A stretch of DNA of 64,000 nt from Amoebidium appalachense (GCA_963693365.1 CAVNZM010000006.1:868001-932000); one strand, 5' to 3'. Counted from the stretch's first letter, positions 23,356 to 58,174 are shown. The notes: a model not told the origin generated them from the sequence alone. A program made the numbers and translations.

Positions 23356-24375
23356 GGGGGGGGGGGGGGGGGGGGGGCAGGGTTGGGAAGAGGGGGAAGA
23401 GAAGGGGGGGGGTTAAGGCAGAGGAATGCACCCATGCGCCGGAAGGAAATACATAATCACGCATGGCATTCAGCTTGAAAGAGGCCAACACGGTTGTCCG
23501 AGGCGTGCACACAATTAAGGACCATGGGTTCTAGGGGAGCCATCACCAGCAGGGCGGTTTGTGCATGTAGGCGCACCATGCAATCTGTCTGTTGGATCTA
23601 TGCATGCAGCATGTACAGGCACGTATGAGCGACATGCAGAAGTTGACAAGTGGCGTGTGCGGAGAGCAAGGAAAAGGACTGAGGAAGTAAAACGGACAAA
23701 GGGAATGCAACCCCACACAACATGCACACAAGGCACACATACCCATAAGGTAACAACACAAACACTCAACTACAGCAGAACAAGCAGCCCCCCCCCCCCC
23801 CCTCCCCCCCCCCCCCCCCCCCCCCGGCCCGCCCTCCCGTGTATGCGTGTGCGTTTAGGTGTTGTGACGGTGCGTGTTTGTGCACGCGGGTATTATTATT
23901 TGTGCAGGAGGGGGAAGGGGGGAGAAGACAAGAACGAACCTTCATAGTCTGCAGCGTCGTTTGGAGCGAAATTGGACGTACAAGTAGAGCGTCCTATACG
24001 TGGCTTGGCGGGAGGTCCGTGTAGTCGGCCTGAGCATTGTGGAACTCAGTGTCCTCGCCAGACCTGGTGCCCGCACACAGGAGGGAGTGATTCAGGCCGA
24101 GGATGCATGGTCCGCACCATATGATACGGCACGTACCTTGGCACTGTACATGTGGCATATTCCGCGCAAACACCCCATCCATGGAGGAGGCAGAAACGGA
24201 TGCCAGCATACGTAATATTCTGGGTGATATGTGTCATATTGTTTTTGTCTTTTGCACATACGTCCGGAAACCAAGACACGACCTCATTCCTCTCCATAGG
24301 TCAATTTGTACCACCAACGAGCTCTTGAACATCGGCCAACAATAGAAAGCTTTCTAGTCACGAGAGCTCAGCCAT
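22911..24375 (-). pseudogene. Spliced gene of unknown family with four in-frame stops and no frameshift
   Basis: Exons 24375-24137, 24063-23940, 23530-23432, 23138-22911 join in phase through GT-AG introns; two donors are followed by poly-C as in the neighbouring genes. In-frame TGA at 24358, TGA at 24301, TAG at 23994, TGA at 23055. Splice sites were chosen by hand. Confidence 0.45.
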
Positions 24376-24679
24376 CTATATGGCGCCGGCGCCGGCCCAG
24401 GCGCTACCTTTTTTTTTCCTTTTTTTTTTTGTGCAGTGTTCCGGCCATTTTTTTTTTTTTATATATCCTCCTTCACTTATCAAGGTTATGTGCTTGTCGC
24501 AACTATTATTATTGAGGAGCCGCTTGGGTGAAGCGGGTAAGCTCCTCGCCTCAGAAATTCCCGGATTGCTTGCTGTGTGGCGGTCCCACGGTGCCGGTAA
24601 TTGCTGGTCTTCTTAGAAGACATCAAGCGACCTGCATGTGGGCGGTAGGCCCGGCGAGTACTTTTTTTTGGCCCTTTAT

Positions 24680-24833
24680 CCGTTGGTGCCACTCGGCCTG
24701 CTCATAGCCTAGTGCTGAGAAAATTCTGTCTATTTTTTTTTCATTCCCGTTGGTGCCACTTTTGAGCTGGCCTGGCAACCAAAAAAACAGAAGAAGAAGA
24801 AGAAGGAGTTTCGTGTGGATTTTTTTTTTTTTT

Positions 24834-24882
<49 letters not shown>

Positions 24883-25475
24883 CTCTTTGTTCGTTGTTGC
24901 AACTTTTGGGGGGCAGTGTGCTGTTTAATATAATTAACGACATGTATTTTGTTTGTCGGATATACATGGAAAAAAGAATATACATCACGATGGGAAAACT
25001 TTTTTTTTTTTTTTTTTTTTTTTTTGGCACGGTGTGTACAGTGTGTTCCGTATATATGTGTATATGACAAGGTCCTGAGTCTGAGGAGAACACGGCCTCG
25101 TCCAAATAAAAATGCCTGGTGGGAAAGTTTCCTGTACGTTAACCCCCAAACCCCCCTTACACACAAAAAAAAAAAGAAAGGAAAAAAGCGGAACTTGAAA
25201 AAAAAGAACTTGAGAGACAGAATAAACCAAGAACCACAAAAAGAAAACAAACACGGGTATCTGCCAATGCCCCTAACCCTAGGTACCCCCCCCCCCTCCC
25301 CCCCCCCCCCTCCCCCCCCCCCCCCCCCCCCCCCCCCTCACACACACACACACACACACATCACACACACACACACCAAAAGAGAAAAATTCATTAAAAA
25401 AAGGAGACCAGAAACGCCTGGTTGGAAGGTTTCCTGTACGTTAACCCCCTAACACCCCCCCCCCCCCCCCCCCCG

Positions 25476-25507
<32 letters not shown>

Positions 25508-25671
25508 AAAAAAAACCCCCCGACCCCCCTAACACACACACACACACACACACACAATAAAAAATGGAAAAAAGAGAGAGAGAGAGATAGAAGGGGGGAG
25601 AGGGGGGGGGGGGGGGGGGAGAGAGAGAGAGACAGAGAGATAGATAGAGAGAGAGAGAGAGCCTCAGGAGA

Positions 25672-25740
<69 letters not shown>

Positions 25741-26071
25741 ACAAACAACGACAACAACAAAGTTGGTCCCACCCAGCCTCCTCATAGCATAGTGTTGAGG
25801 AATTGTTTTGTTTGTTTTTATAGCCGTTGGTGCCACTATTGAGCTGGAAAAAAAAGAATAGGAAAAAAAAAAGGAGTTCCCTGTGGAATTTGTTTTTTAG
25901 CATTAAATATCTTTTTCGTTGTGCGCTTTCGGGGGGCAATGTGCTGTTTATCATGAATAAATAGGGTGTCTGTCTGCTATACATGTAAAAAAAAGTATAC
26001 TGATATGTGAGGAGCCCAATTTTGTTTTTTGGGCACGGTGTGTGTGTGTGTTCCGTGTGTGGGTACATGAC

Positions 26072-26106
<35 letters not shown>

Positions 26107-26155
26107 TGAGTCTGCGGAGACCACGGCTTTGTCCAAGTAAACATGCCTGGTAGGA
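24680..26155. repeat. Diverged tandem duplication of a ~400-450 bp unit (about 24690-25145 and 25770-26155, partial third copy near 25410-25450)
   Basis: Shared blocks CTCATAGC.TAGTG.TGAG, CCGTTGGTGCCACT.TTGAGCTGG, GGGGGCA.TGTGCTGTTTA, GGCACGGTGTGT, GTCCTGAGTCTG.GGAGA.CACGGC, ATGCCTGGT. Confidence 0.8.
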
Positions 26156-26175
26156 ATTTTTATATATATACCCGG

Positions 26176-26454
26176 TTATAATATTCTGTTTAGAATAGAA
26201 GCAACCAGGATATCATATGGGGGACCCTTCACTGCCGCATCTCCAGCCAGCCACAGTGCACGCCTAGGGCCCACGCCATGGTGCCTCTCCCCGTTACTCA
26301 GCTGCAGAGTGACACCCTTCCCTCCCCCGAAATCGATGGACACAACGTCAGCAGTTAGGTCGGCAACCAGCTCCTTGCCCGTGCCTGTGAGCTTGAACCA
26401 GCGCGTCGTATACCTTGACTTCTTCGAACGGCCGGAATCTTCAGACGACGTCAT
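26176..26454 (-). CDS. Small ORF of unknown function, possibly the 5' part of the 22911-24375 locus
   Basis: MTSSEDSGRSKKSRYTTRWFKLTGTGKELVADLTADVVSIDFGGGKGVTLQLSNG... is complex and protein-like. No family recognised. Confidence 0.35.
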   Translation of the reverse strand: MTSSEDSGRSKKSRYTTRWFKLTGTGKELVADLTADVVSIDFGGGKGVTLQLSNGERHHGVGPRRALWLAGDAAVKGPPYDILVASILNRIL

Positions 26455-26917
26455 GTTTGCGGCCCTTAAAAACAACTTTCCAAAACTTAGCCAACGTATT
26501 TGTTTTTCTTTCCTTTTTTTTTTTTGTTTTTGTTTTTGTTTTGGCACGGTTTGCGCACTCATGCCATATATGGCAATCCCGCGCGTGATTGCATCATCAG
26601 TGCATAGGCTCGAGTGCACTTGCAATACCCGGTGGAATCCCCGAGGCCCCAGCCTGCCACAACCTGAGGCATGCACACGTGGTACGACACACGCACAAAC
26701 ACACCCGGCCCTTCGATCATTTCTTCCGCAACTCCCCCCCCTTCCCCCCCCCCCCCCCCCCCCCCCACCCAACCACCCACCCACCCAAACATACAGAGCC
26801 TCCTCCTAAGCCTCCCCCGGATTTTCGGCTAGCCTCCTCCCCCCCCCCCTCCCCCCACATTACACTGTTCACACACACACACACACTGTGACACACACAC
26901 ACACACACACACACTGT

Positions 26918-26955
<38 letters not shown>

Positions 26956-26958
26956 CGT

Positions 26959-27043
<85 letters not shown>

Positions 27044-27104
27044 TACACATACAAACCAAAGCCGTGCACTACCGCTAGCTCTGTGATTACATGTACACAC
27101 GTGC

Positions 27105-27243
27105 ACGCACATAACATTCAACCTGACTGCTACTGAACACGAACCCACTGAACAACAGGGTTTCTTCGCTAGCCTCCTTCCCCCCCACCCACGCACATAA
27201 CATTCAGCTTGACTGCTACTGAACACAAACCCACTGAACAACA
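27105..27243 (+). repeat. ~53-bp direct duplication
   Basis: ACGCACATAACATTCA.C.TGACTGCTACTGAACAC.AACCCACTGAACAACA occurs twice. Confidence 0.85.
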
Positions 27244-27252
27244 TGTCTAATA

Positions 27253-27282
27253 GGGGTTTACGCTGTTTACTCGAGGCAAAGA
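27253..27282 (-). repeat. Exact 30-bp copy of the putative LINE 3' terminus
   Basis: GGGGTTTACGCTGTTTACTCGAGGCAAAGA is identical to 355-384. Confidence 0.9.
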
Positions 27283-27845
27283 CTAATACTAGAGCCCCCC
27301 CCCAATGGCATGGCCACTTCCCAGCCTACCAGGTTAAACTGCACCCCAATTCCTCCCCCCTGCGTCGGGGAGGTGTTGGGGAGGGGCGTGGTTGGGGGGA
27401 GGGGGGAGGGGGAGGGGGGAGGGGGAGGGGGGAGGGGGAGGGGGGCGGGGGGTGGGGGGGAAGAACGCTAAAGATTTCTGAGGTGACGACACTTGGCCTC
27501 TTGGGCACGCTTCGCATTTGCATTGATCCCCACTTGACCATTGACATACTAAATGTAAGTTGTGTGGTTTTCACAATTCACCATCTGGTTCACGGAGTAC
27601 CGTACACTCATCACACAGGCAAACTTGACAAAAAGAACGGAATAACAGGGCAAAAAAAAACAGGGCATTTAATTCCTACTGCCTTCATGCCTAATGCCAG
27701 GTACACTCGACACTAATTCTGGATTCTTTTCATTCGAAATGCTCTTTGCCTCCGCTCCCGTTCTCGTAGCTAGTCCCCCCCCCCCCCCCCCCCCCTTCTC
27801 CCCTCTCCCCCCTGCCTTTCCCCCCCTCTTCCCCCCCCTCCCTTC

Positions 27846-27882
<37 letters not shown>

Positions 27883-28232
27883 CCCCCCCTCTCCCCCACC
27901 CACCAACCCACCACCACTACCACGCCACCCACACATACCTACAATATGTCTTCCGCTTCGGTTCTATGGCTAAAGACACCAACGTCCAAGTGCCTGCAGA
28001 GATTTTTTAAGTGCGGCCAATCCACACACGCGCACACACGCAATTACCTGCACAACCAGACCGATAATACCAAAAAGATAATTATCACACCATTCATCTT
28101 TTCAACAGCAGAAAATGGGTTACTAAAAGTCACAAAAGCGAGAAATTACTTGGTGACTTTCATTCTGCTGTGTGCCTACATTATAACACATTCATCCGCC
28201 GCTGTACATAGCTGGCATGCACGTGCACATTG

Positions 28233-50665
<22,433 letters not shown>

Positions 50666-51022
50666 TTCTGCAATCACTACATAGCAGATTTAGGTCTGAC
50701 AGCCTCAGAGTTTCAACCTGCTGCACATGAACCTGACTCCGCTTTCCTCTTTCGCCGACGGTGGGGCCCGGCGCGCCGGCGCTGTCCTGCTTTGACTTTG
50801 TGTTTGCGCAAACATTACCCTATTTAGCTCGTCAGCTTCCAAAATAAGGCAACAATAAAATTTTCGAATTTGGCGGGCTCAGCAGTCAAGTGGCAGGCTG
50901 CAGGCAGCGCTACACAGAGCAGGCAGCGCAGTCTTTCACTGAGCTTGACGGTGGGTTAAGGGGAGGCTCGTTTCATATTTCATAGGTGGTAGAAGAATGT
51001 ACACACATAGTTGACAAGAAAC
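50666..51022. promoter_or_regulatory. Putative bidirectional promoter between DHX34 and the glycoside hydrolase
   Basis: 357 bp between divergent ATGs, with a GC-rich core (GGGGCCCGGCGCGCCGGCGC) and no microsatellites. Confidence 0.55.
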
Positions 51023-53584
51023 ATGAACCCAGCAGGGGGCAGCGCTCGCTGGGTGCTATTCCACCTGGCTGCCGGGTTGGCCGTGTCACTCGTGGGAGTG
51101 TGGATGTGGTCTCCCCAGTGGCTTATTCCTTCCACTCAAGTTGTTAGCGACCGACATGTTCCAACAGCACATAGCAAGGATATACTCGCACTAGCTATTA
51201 CACAGTCGGAGGTAGTGCTCGAGAACACGTACGTTCGTGCCAAATTCAATCTCACACACCCACACCTACAGTCGCTTGAAGGTCGGGTTAGTAGTGGTGG
51301 TGGTGTGTGGTCGGATTGGAAAGAAACACTCGCAAGTGGGGGCCTCCGTCTCGAATATGGAACAGAGGCAGATGCACGTGCCTCTAAAACACACACGCCA
51401 GCCAAGGCTACCGTTTTGGCACATACATCTTCCCTTGTACAAATAGCGATTTCCTTCAAAATTGACACTTCCTCTAGCACGAGTATAGCGGAAACCTGGA
51501 CTCTCTCCCTTGCTAACTATAGCCGAGCGCTCTCTGTTCAGTTTACCGGACACGTAGCCTCTATCAATACCACACCACATATTAGACGCAGTATATTCTG
51601 CCGTGCACTAAGCAGCTACGCCTTATTCGAAGATGAGTTCTCGTTTGTACAAATGGCAAAGGCAGACCCCCACAAGCAGTTTTACCACACACGGAGGCCA
51701 CTGCGCCGCTGGTATACCCTGGGCGGTGGTACAAGCCTCGAAATCCTCAGAGACACGGGGCACGAGTCGTATATTGTTCTGGAAAATAGGTGTACAGCAA
51801 CTTGCGACAGGGGGACGTGTGTGAATAAGACCGAGGGGATGCCCAACATCCAATCACTTTTCGGTGTACTGCTGCAGAGTGGGGAGGAGCACCAGCACCA
51901 CACAGCCCTGCATGAGGTACTTTTTGGTGAGCCTCCATCCAAGCAGAGCTATTGGACCACCGAACAACCGGCGGGTTCAGCAACTACTTCAGGCACAGAA
52001 CACACATACAACTACACGTGGCACCTCTACCCAAACAACGGAAACTTCCCCACCTCTCCCTTGGCTACGTCACCTTTGCGACCTCTACCAGATCTTGAAC
52101 CACCCACATCCCATGTTGAGTTGTCACACGTGGCGGCGTTTCTAACTGCAATCTATGGGACGCTGGTGGGCACGGTGCACTACAGCGACGAGCAGCTGTT
52201 TGCTGCCCCAACAGTCCATGCCCCACGGCAAGGCTACAGCGGCCACTACAACTTCTTCGACCCAGATACGTTTTTCATCACCGTCGGTTTAACCTATAGC
52301 CACGACCCAGCCCTGCAAGCAGCAGCACGGCGCATAATCGAGACAACTGGGGAGGGCCTGAGAGAGGATGGACTCGTGCCTCACCACTTTTCGAGGGGCT
52401 ACCCTGATTATCGTGCTCTGAGCACTGCACATATGCCGGGGCCGAACTTTTTCTGGCTGTGTGCCACACTCACACACGCAGCCGAGACGGGTGATAGGGT
52501 GTGGCTTCGTGCCATGGCCCCAAAGATCGAGCGTGCGTTTGGCTACCTGCTGTCCCTTTACAGTGAGGACACGGGCCTATTTTATAGCAGTGGGTCGCTT
52601 ATGGTGGACACGGTGAAGAGGGAGGGTTACACCACAGATTTCAATGCCGCTATGTGTCTCCTACTTCCACGCATGGCCGAGTATTATTCATTTGCAGGCA
52701 AGCACGAGGATTCAGCAAAGTGCACAGCTCTGAGGGAGCAAGTAAGTGCACGCATGAACGAGCTTCTATGGGACCACACTGACAACGACCACTACATTAC
52801 GAGTGTGAGACCCACAGTACCAGGTACGGCCACGGTGGGTGAGCGTATGGATATGGTGGACTACGATGCTAATGCCCTTTGTATTGCTGCCGGCATTGCA
52901 GATAAGAGCAGAGCAATTGCGTATTTTCACCGAAAAGACACCGGGAATTTTGCACTTGGACGGAAAACCGTGCAGCGCCCGTCGTTTGTTTCGGGGATAT
53001 ACTACAACGAGAGTTTGTGCCACGTGGAAAACAGTGGTGACTCGAATGTAAGTTTTGGCCGTGTTTTCTACTACGAAGCACATTCACGAAGGCGCGTGAA
53101 TGATGCAGCACAGTTTCTGAAGGATTTTGAGATGGTGGTTACAGACTTGCATAGGTGGACATGGCTATCTGAGCGTTATGACTTAAACGGATATCCCCAC
53201 GGGCACCGTGGCTTTTTCGAGTATCCTGCTGTGGTTGCTATGCTACTGCGTGAGGTAGTTTACGGCGTGCATGTATCCTTGAATGAAATACATGTTAGAC
53301 CTTGGGTTGAGGTGGCACCAGAGAGATGGGTGTGGGGTTTGGGTCAACTTTTTATTCAGTTCAGTGATGCACATGTGCTTATTGATGTGCCCTTATTTGG
53401 TGACTATAGGATCGTCGTGTCTGGGCTGAAACCAGGAACTTCGTATTCTGTGATGTCCAGAGAGAAGGTGACTAACCAAAGCACGCTGATAGAAAGTGTG
53501 AGCAGTGACGGTAGTGGAGTGGTAGAGTGTACCGTGCTTCTAACTAAGGGTTCTGTAATAGACGTGCTAGCGAACATAGAATAA
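51023..53584 (+). CDS. Intronless (alpha/alpha)6-barrel glycoside hydrolase-like protein with N-terminal membrane anchor, 853 aa
   Basis: Long uninterrupted ORF. Anchor WVLFHLAAGLAVSLVGVWMW. Six-hairpin glycosidase-like segments YNFFDPDTFF, DGLVPHHF, AAETGDRVWLRAM.PKIERAFGYL, MNELLWD..DHYIT, LSERYD..G, LLREVVYGV. Exact CAZy family not assignable by eye. Confidence 0.75.
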   Translation: MNPAGGSARWVLFHLAAGLAVSLVGVWMWSPQWLIPSTQVVSDRHVPTAHSKDILALAITQSEVVLENTYVRAKFNLTHPHLQSLEGRVSSGGGVWSDWKETLASGGLRLEYGTEADARASKTHTPAKATVLAHTSSLVQIAISFKIDTSSSTSIAETWTLSLANYSRALSVQFTGHVASINTTPHIRRSIFCRALSSYALFEDEFSFVQMAKADPHKQFYHTRRPLRRWYTLGGGTSLEILRDTGHESYIVLENRCTATCDRGTCVNKTEGMPNIQSLFGVLLQSGEEHQHHTALHEVLFGEPPSKQSYWTTEQPAGSATTSGTEHTYNYTWHLYPNNGNFPTSPLATSPLRPLPDLEPPTSHVELSHVAAFLTAIYGTLVGTVHYSDEQLFAAPTVHAPRQGYSGHYNFFDPDTFFITVGLTYSHDPALQAAARRIIETTGEGLREDGLVPHHFSRGYPDYRALSTAHMPGPNFFWLCATLTHAAETGDRVWLRAMAPKIERAFGYLLSLYSEDTGLFYSSGSLMVDTVKREGYTTDFNAAMCLLLPRMAEYYSFAGKHEDSAKCTALREQVSARMNELLWDHTDNDHYITSVRPTVPGTATVGERMDMVDYDANALCIAAGIADKSRAIAYFHRKDTGNFALGRKTVQRPSFVSGIYYNESLCHVENSGDSNVSFGRVFYYEAHSRRRVNDAAQFLKDFEMVVTDLHRWTWLSERYDLNGYPHGHRGFFEYPAVVAMLLREVVYGVHVSLNEIHVRPWVEVAPERWVWGLGQLFIQFSDAHVLIDVPLFGDYRIVVSGLKPGTSYSVMSREKVTNQSTLIESVSSDGSGVVECTVLLTKGSVIDVLANIE

Positions 53585-53866
53585 ACTTTTCGTTTGCGTG
53601 ATCAATGAAACGAAGCATTTGAGGGTGATGGTCCATGGCAGCGTGGTGTTTACGTGGAATGCATGGTGTCTTGATCACTCCTAAACACCTTGGTAAACCC
53701 CGGCAAGCTCTAGCCGCAGCAGTGCCCTATATGCAGGAGTACTGCGGTGCTGTACAGCCTGCACAGGCTCAGAATAGGCCACCAAGCACCTGATACCTCC
53801 AGCTACACTGCTTTGTGCTACTGTAACATACTGCAGTGCCGCAGAAAGATTGTAGGCAAGTCAGTG

Positions 53867-53980
53867 AATTCACAGAGATCCGTCTTCCCTCATCTCTTCC
53901 CTCATCGGAATGCGCCCAGCATAAATTCACAGAGATCCGTCTTCCCTCATCTCTTCCCTCATCGGAATGCGCTCAGCATA
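53867..53980 (+). repeat. 57-bp tandem duplication
   Basis: AATTCACAGAGATCCGTCTTCCCTCATCTCTTCCCTCATCGGAATGCGC.CAGCATA occurs twice. Confidence 0.9.
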
Positions 53981-55054
53981 CCTTCCAAGATTGAATAAAA
54001 AGGACCAGCCAATCATCTGCTTGCACCGTGAGTGACGGTCGGCCGTTACCGTGCTGCCTGACCTACAAGTGAAGCTCCGTGAACCCCTAGGAGTAGCCCA
54101 CCACAATTATATACATAGGCGCATACAGTTATAACCACCACAATCACTTCACATCGTCATACCTGTTTTTGATTTATGCTAAAAGACCCTAAAAGACCTA
54201 TAGGCCCTAGAACAAACAGTTAGCCGTGGCACGGGAAGAGGATCTTGTGGGGGCGGATGGGAGTGCGGCAAGCCCGTTTGATTGGCAAACGATTTGCGCA
54301 ACAGTGATCAAGTTCAGATCAACTGCCTTTTGATTGGGCGGTGGCTTTACTTAAACCCTTATAAGGCAACTGTGGTATGTAATCAATTCCTCTGTTCTGT
54401 GACTGGCCGGCGGCCGCCTGCAGACGCATGCATGCGCTTGTTTCAGTTTCGTCAAGTTCCGCAAAGAAGTGTTGTGAACGAAAGACTAAACACTCCAGGC
54501 AAGCACCTGATTACTCAAGACAGTTGGAATTGCTATTGACTTGTTCCATTAGCTATACACAGCGCACTTGAGTGTCGAGAGTTAAAGTAACTTGGACAGC
54601 ACATAGAACTCTCAGTGACAATTAGCAGTAGACTTTCAGAACTCACCCTAAGGGCACCGTAGTTGCTTGTAGATACTGCTGCCTCCAAGTGGACGGGCAT
54701 GTGCTTGGCTCTGTAGAAGAACTTAGATATCGTAATCATACTTGGAACTCTCTTTTTAATCATACTTGCACAGGAAGTCTCTTTATTTTTAAAGTTTCTT
54801 ATTACACCTCAGGTTTCCATATGAATAAGCTTTCAGCTGAACGCCCATAAACAGATCAACTAGCCTTACACTTTCCACGTACTTTCCTCCTAAACTTCAC
54901 GTTTTGCCTTCCTCGTGTGCTTGAGCAACAGCCTCTCCCAACTATAAACCCACCAAAGCACCTGAAACACGCATTGGAACACCAAAAAAAGGGTGCCTCT
55001 CTGGTCACTTCTATGCAGCCTAGGCCCACACTACAGTAACTCTTACTCTGGGGA

Positions 55055-55826
55055 ATGACCTATGACCCCACAGAACTGTTGAAGGCACACAAAAGGCCCT
55101 CAAACAGGCCTGTCTGGCTCAGCACTAGTAGTAGCCCCGCACAGAAAATGAACTTTCAGGTCAACGTGACTCGGGTGGGTAAGCGGTGGGTGAACTTTTT
55201 GGGTGTTACTTTGTTTGTCATGTTTGTATACCTGCGAACGACAAAGTCGACAGCCCATGTAGTAGTAGAGCTGGATGATGAACTCAGAAACAGACACGTT
55301 TCCCACGAGGGCCCACGACCAGTATTCGTTCCGGTAGGATTCGAAGGGATTGACATTACAAATGCTACAACACCAAAAAAGATAACGAGGTTCTTTTCAA
55401 ACTTTGCAGTCGGCGTAAGAGCATTTCGTGGCAAGAAGAAAGGAAACGACTCTTCCAAGTAAGTAATCCTTTCCTCGTGTCTTCTAGTTAGGTGCCCGCT
55501 ACTGTATGACTTGTTTGTTTCAGTCTTACACGTCAAGCACCCACTTGCAAACCCACACGTGCATGCAACTTGGAGGCTAGCGACTTAACCTACTACAAAG
55601 TGGCTTTGTTTCAGGCGCATCTTTTTATCTTATCACCATCAAATCAATTTCAACGTTGCCACACACGCGGTGCACGAACACGAATTTACGTGCAAGGTAC
55701 ACTCGCCACTTCGCCTGTCTGTGTGCACACACATCCATACGGACTGTACACCTGCACGCGTGCAACCACACGATGTGCACACATAGGGGCACGCACGCAC
55801 CTATGCTTGCCAGCACCTACATGCCC

Positions 55827-55860
<34 letters not shown>

Positions 55861-56721
55861 TGCCAGCCTTGCTGATTGCTTTTGTGTGTCGAGTCCCCGC
55901 GCTCAACTCTGCCTTTTCTGTCAATATGTATCTCTTTTCAAACACTGGAAGCTTCAGCCTGTTTTCCTAACTCACATCACCTCATGCACAGGGTGTGGGA
56001 GATCGAGAATTCCATTATGGGTGCGGAGCTGACGTGGCTGCAACATTTCGGGCACGTGATGTATCTGGGCAACCACGAGAACAGAGCGCACGTGCATGGT
56101 GGGAAGGTAGAGGCCGTATTTGACGAAGAGAAAGACGATTACGTGGATGTGTTTGGTGATGGAGGCATACCCCCGTGGATTAGTAGAAAGGATGAGGCAG
56201 GGCATGTTTTTCTTGTGGGGCTGCGTGCACTGTGGAGGAGGTATCCGTATGCGGACTGGTACATGGTGGTAAACGGGGACACATATGTCTTTGCTGAGAA
56301 CCTGATGGACTTCAAGCCCCTGGCCGTATGCTCCCCCCTCCCCCCCCCTCCCCCCCCCCCCCCCCCCCCGCCCTCCCCATACAGATGGGCACACATAGAC
56401 ACCCTTCCCCTCCTCTCCCCCCCTCCCCTTTCTCCCCCCCCCCCCCCCCTGCCGCCTCCTCCCCTCCCCCCCCTCCCCTCCCCCCCCCCCCCTCCCCCCG
56501 CCATCCTTACTCGTTTCCTTTTGTGTCCCCTCCCCCCCCCTCCCCCCCTCCTCCCCCAAGTGTCATTTTGCTTTAACCCCAACGTGGTGCTCTATCTTTA
56601 CCCGTCTGCTCGATTGGGTCTAGACTCGATGATGTGGTAACTTCTTCTTATTCCTCAAGGGGTTGACGATTGAAAGTGTCCCATGTGCTCGTTGTGGAAC
56701 ACACTTCTCCAACCCCCCCCC

Positions 56722-56781
<60 letters not shown>

Positions 56782-58174
56782 ACACAAAAAAAAGCCCTCT
56801 GGCATCCAGTGCTAGAAGATGTTTGCTTACGCATTCCGTACCCCACAACCTGTTACGGCGTAAGTTCTCATTTTTCGGTTTTTTAGCCTCCTTCATAACC
56901 CAGATCCCTAATCAGACCCCAACACTGACATTCTACACCATATTTGTCCTCTTCACTCCTCCCCCCTCCCCCCTCCTCCTCCCCCCTGAGGATGGGCTCT
57001 GCTTATTCTGCATCCTGCGCGTGTTGCTGATGTTGGATACTTGAATTTTTGCTTTTGCCTGTGTCCTGCACTGTGCTTCTCATCGTGTAGTTGTGCTCCA
57101 TATTGTGCTTCGCGTTCAACCCCCTTCCCCCCCTTCTCCCTGCGCCGAGCCCCCGGGTCCCCGGTCACCCCGTCTAACCGTCCCCTTTCCTTTGTCCGAC
57201 TCATCCGACCAACCTATACTGCTAAAACCGCCCCCACTCCCCCCGCTCTCACCCCCTCTCTGTCCCCCCCCCCCCCAGGATGACGTGGGCCCCCCCTGAG
57301 GATGGGCTCTGCTTATTATGCATACTCTTTATGTATGGCTTGCATTCTGCATCGTGTTATCCGTTTGTTCTTGTGTACTTCGTACTTTTTGACGCATTCA
57401 AAACCCCCCCAGGGTCCCTTCTGTTCTTATCTTAACCGGCCATTACCTCCCAGGATCCAAGCAAGCCCATGTACATCGGCAGTGCGCACGTGTTTCGGGG
57501 CTGTGGGGGGATCAAGGAGTTTGGGCAGGGCCCCAAGTATGCCGGGGGGGTGGCGCCCATCATCCTGTCACGTGCAGCCGTGCAACTGCTGATGGAGGTA
57601 ATATGAATACCATGCAGGCAACGGCTCAAATGCAGCCACATATGCAATGAAATCCAGGCAACCAACCAGCCATGCAAACACAGCAGCATAGGATTGAAAA
57701 TTGGACAGTTTCTCTTCCACCTCACCCTCTCTTCTGTCTTTTAATGCCCCCTATTCCTTACCCCATTGGCAAGCAGCTTCTTTGCCCATGTTTTCTACAC
57801 CTAAGCATTCAGCATCTATAAACCTCTGAGCCTTCACTGTTACGGGAGGCACCTTTGATATCCTGTGTGTGTGTGCTGCAGTCATTGGGCGTCTCAGATG
57901 TTTAAGAGACGGGATCACCAGACTTGGTGGTGGTGGGGGGGGGGGGGGGGGAGGGGGATGGGTTCTATCTGTCATCCTTTCATCGTTGCCTAATCAGTTT
58001 GCTAGTGTTTACCTTTTTATCCCCTGTTTTCGTGTTTCCGGAGCATCAGCTATCCCCTCTCAGCCCTCCCCCCCTTCACCCCTCAGCACCAACCCCCTTT
58101 ACCCACCACCTGCCCTTTCGGGCCAGTTTTTCGTATCCATAAGGCATTTATTTGACAGGTAGCGCCTCAAATTC

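Noticed and set aside
22911-24375. Selenoprotein or genome-wide UGA=Trp code
   Set aside because: One internal stop is TAG, the contexts are not Cys-like redox motifs, no SECIS was recognised, and the intact neighbouring genes use TGG for Trp with no in-frame TGA.
57296-57340. Hammerhead ribozyme (CUGAGGA matches CUGANGA) in the dispersed element
   Set aside because: A weak stem II is possible, but no GAAA core follows in any copy and no stem III or cleavage triplet is evident.
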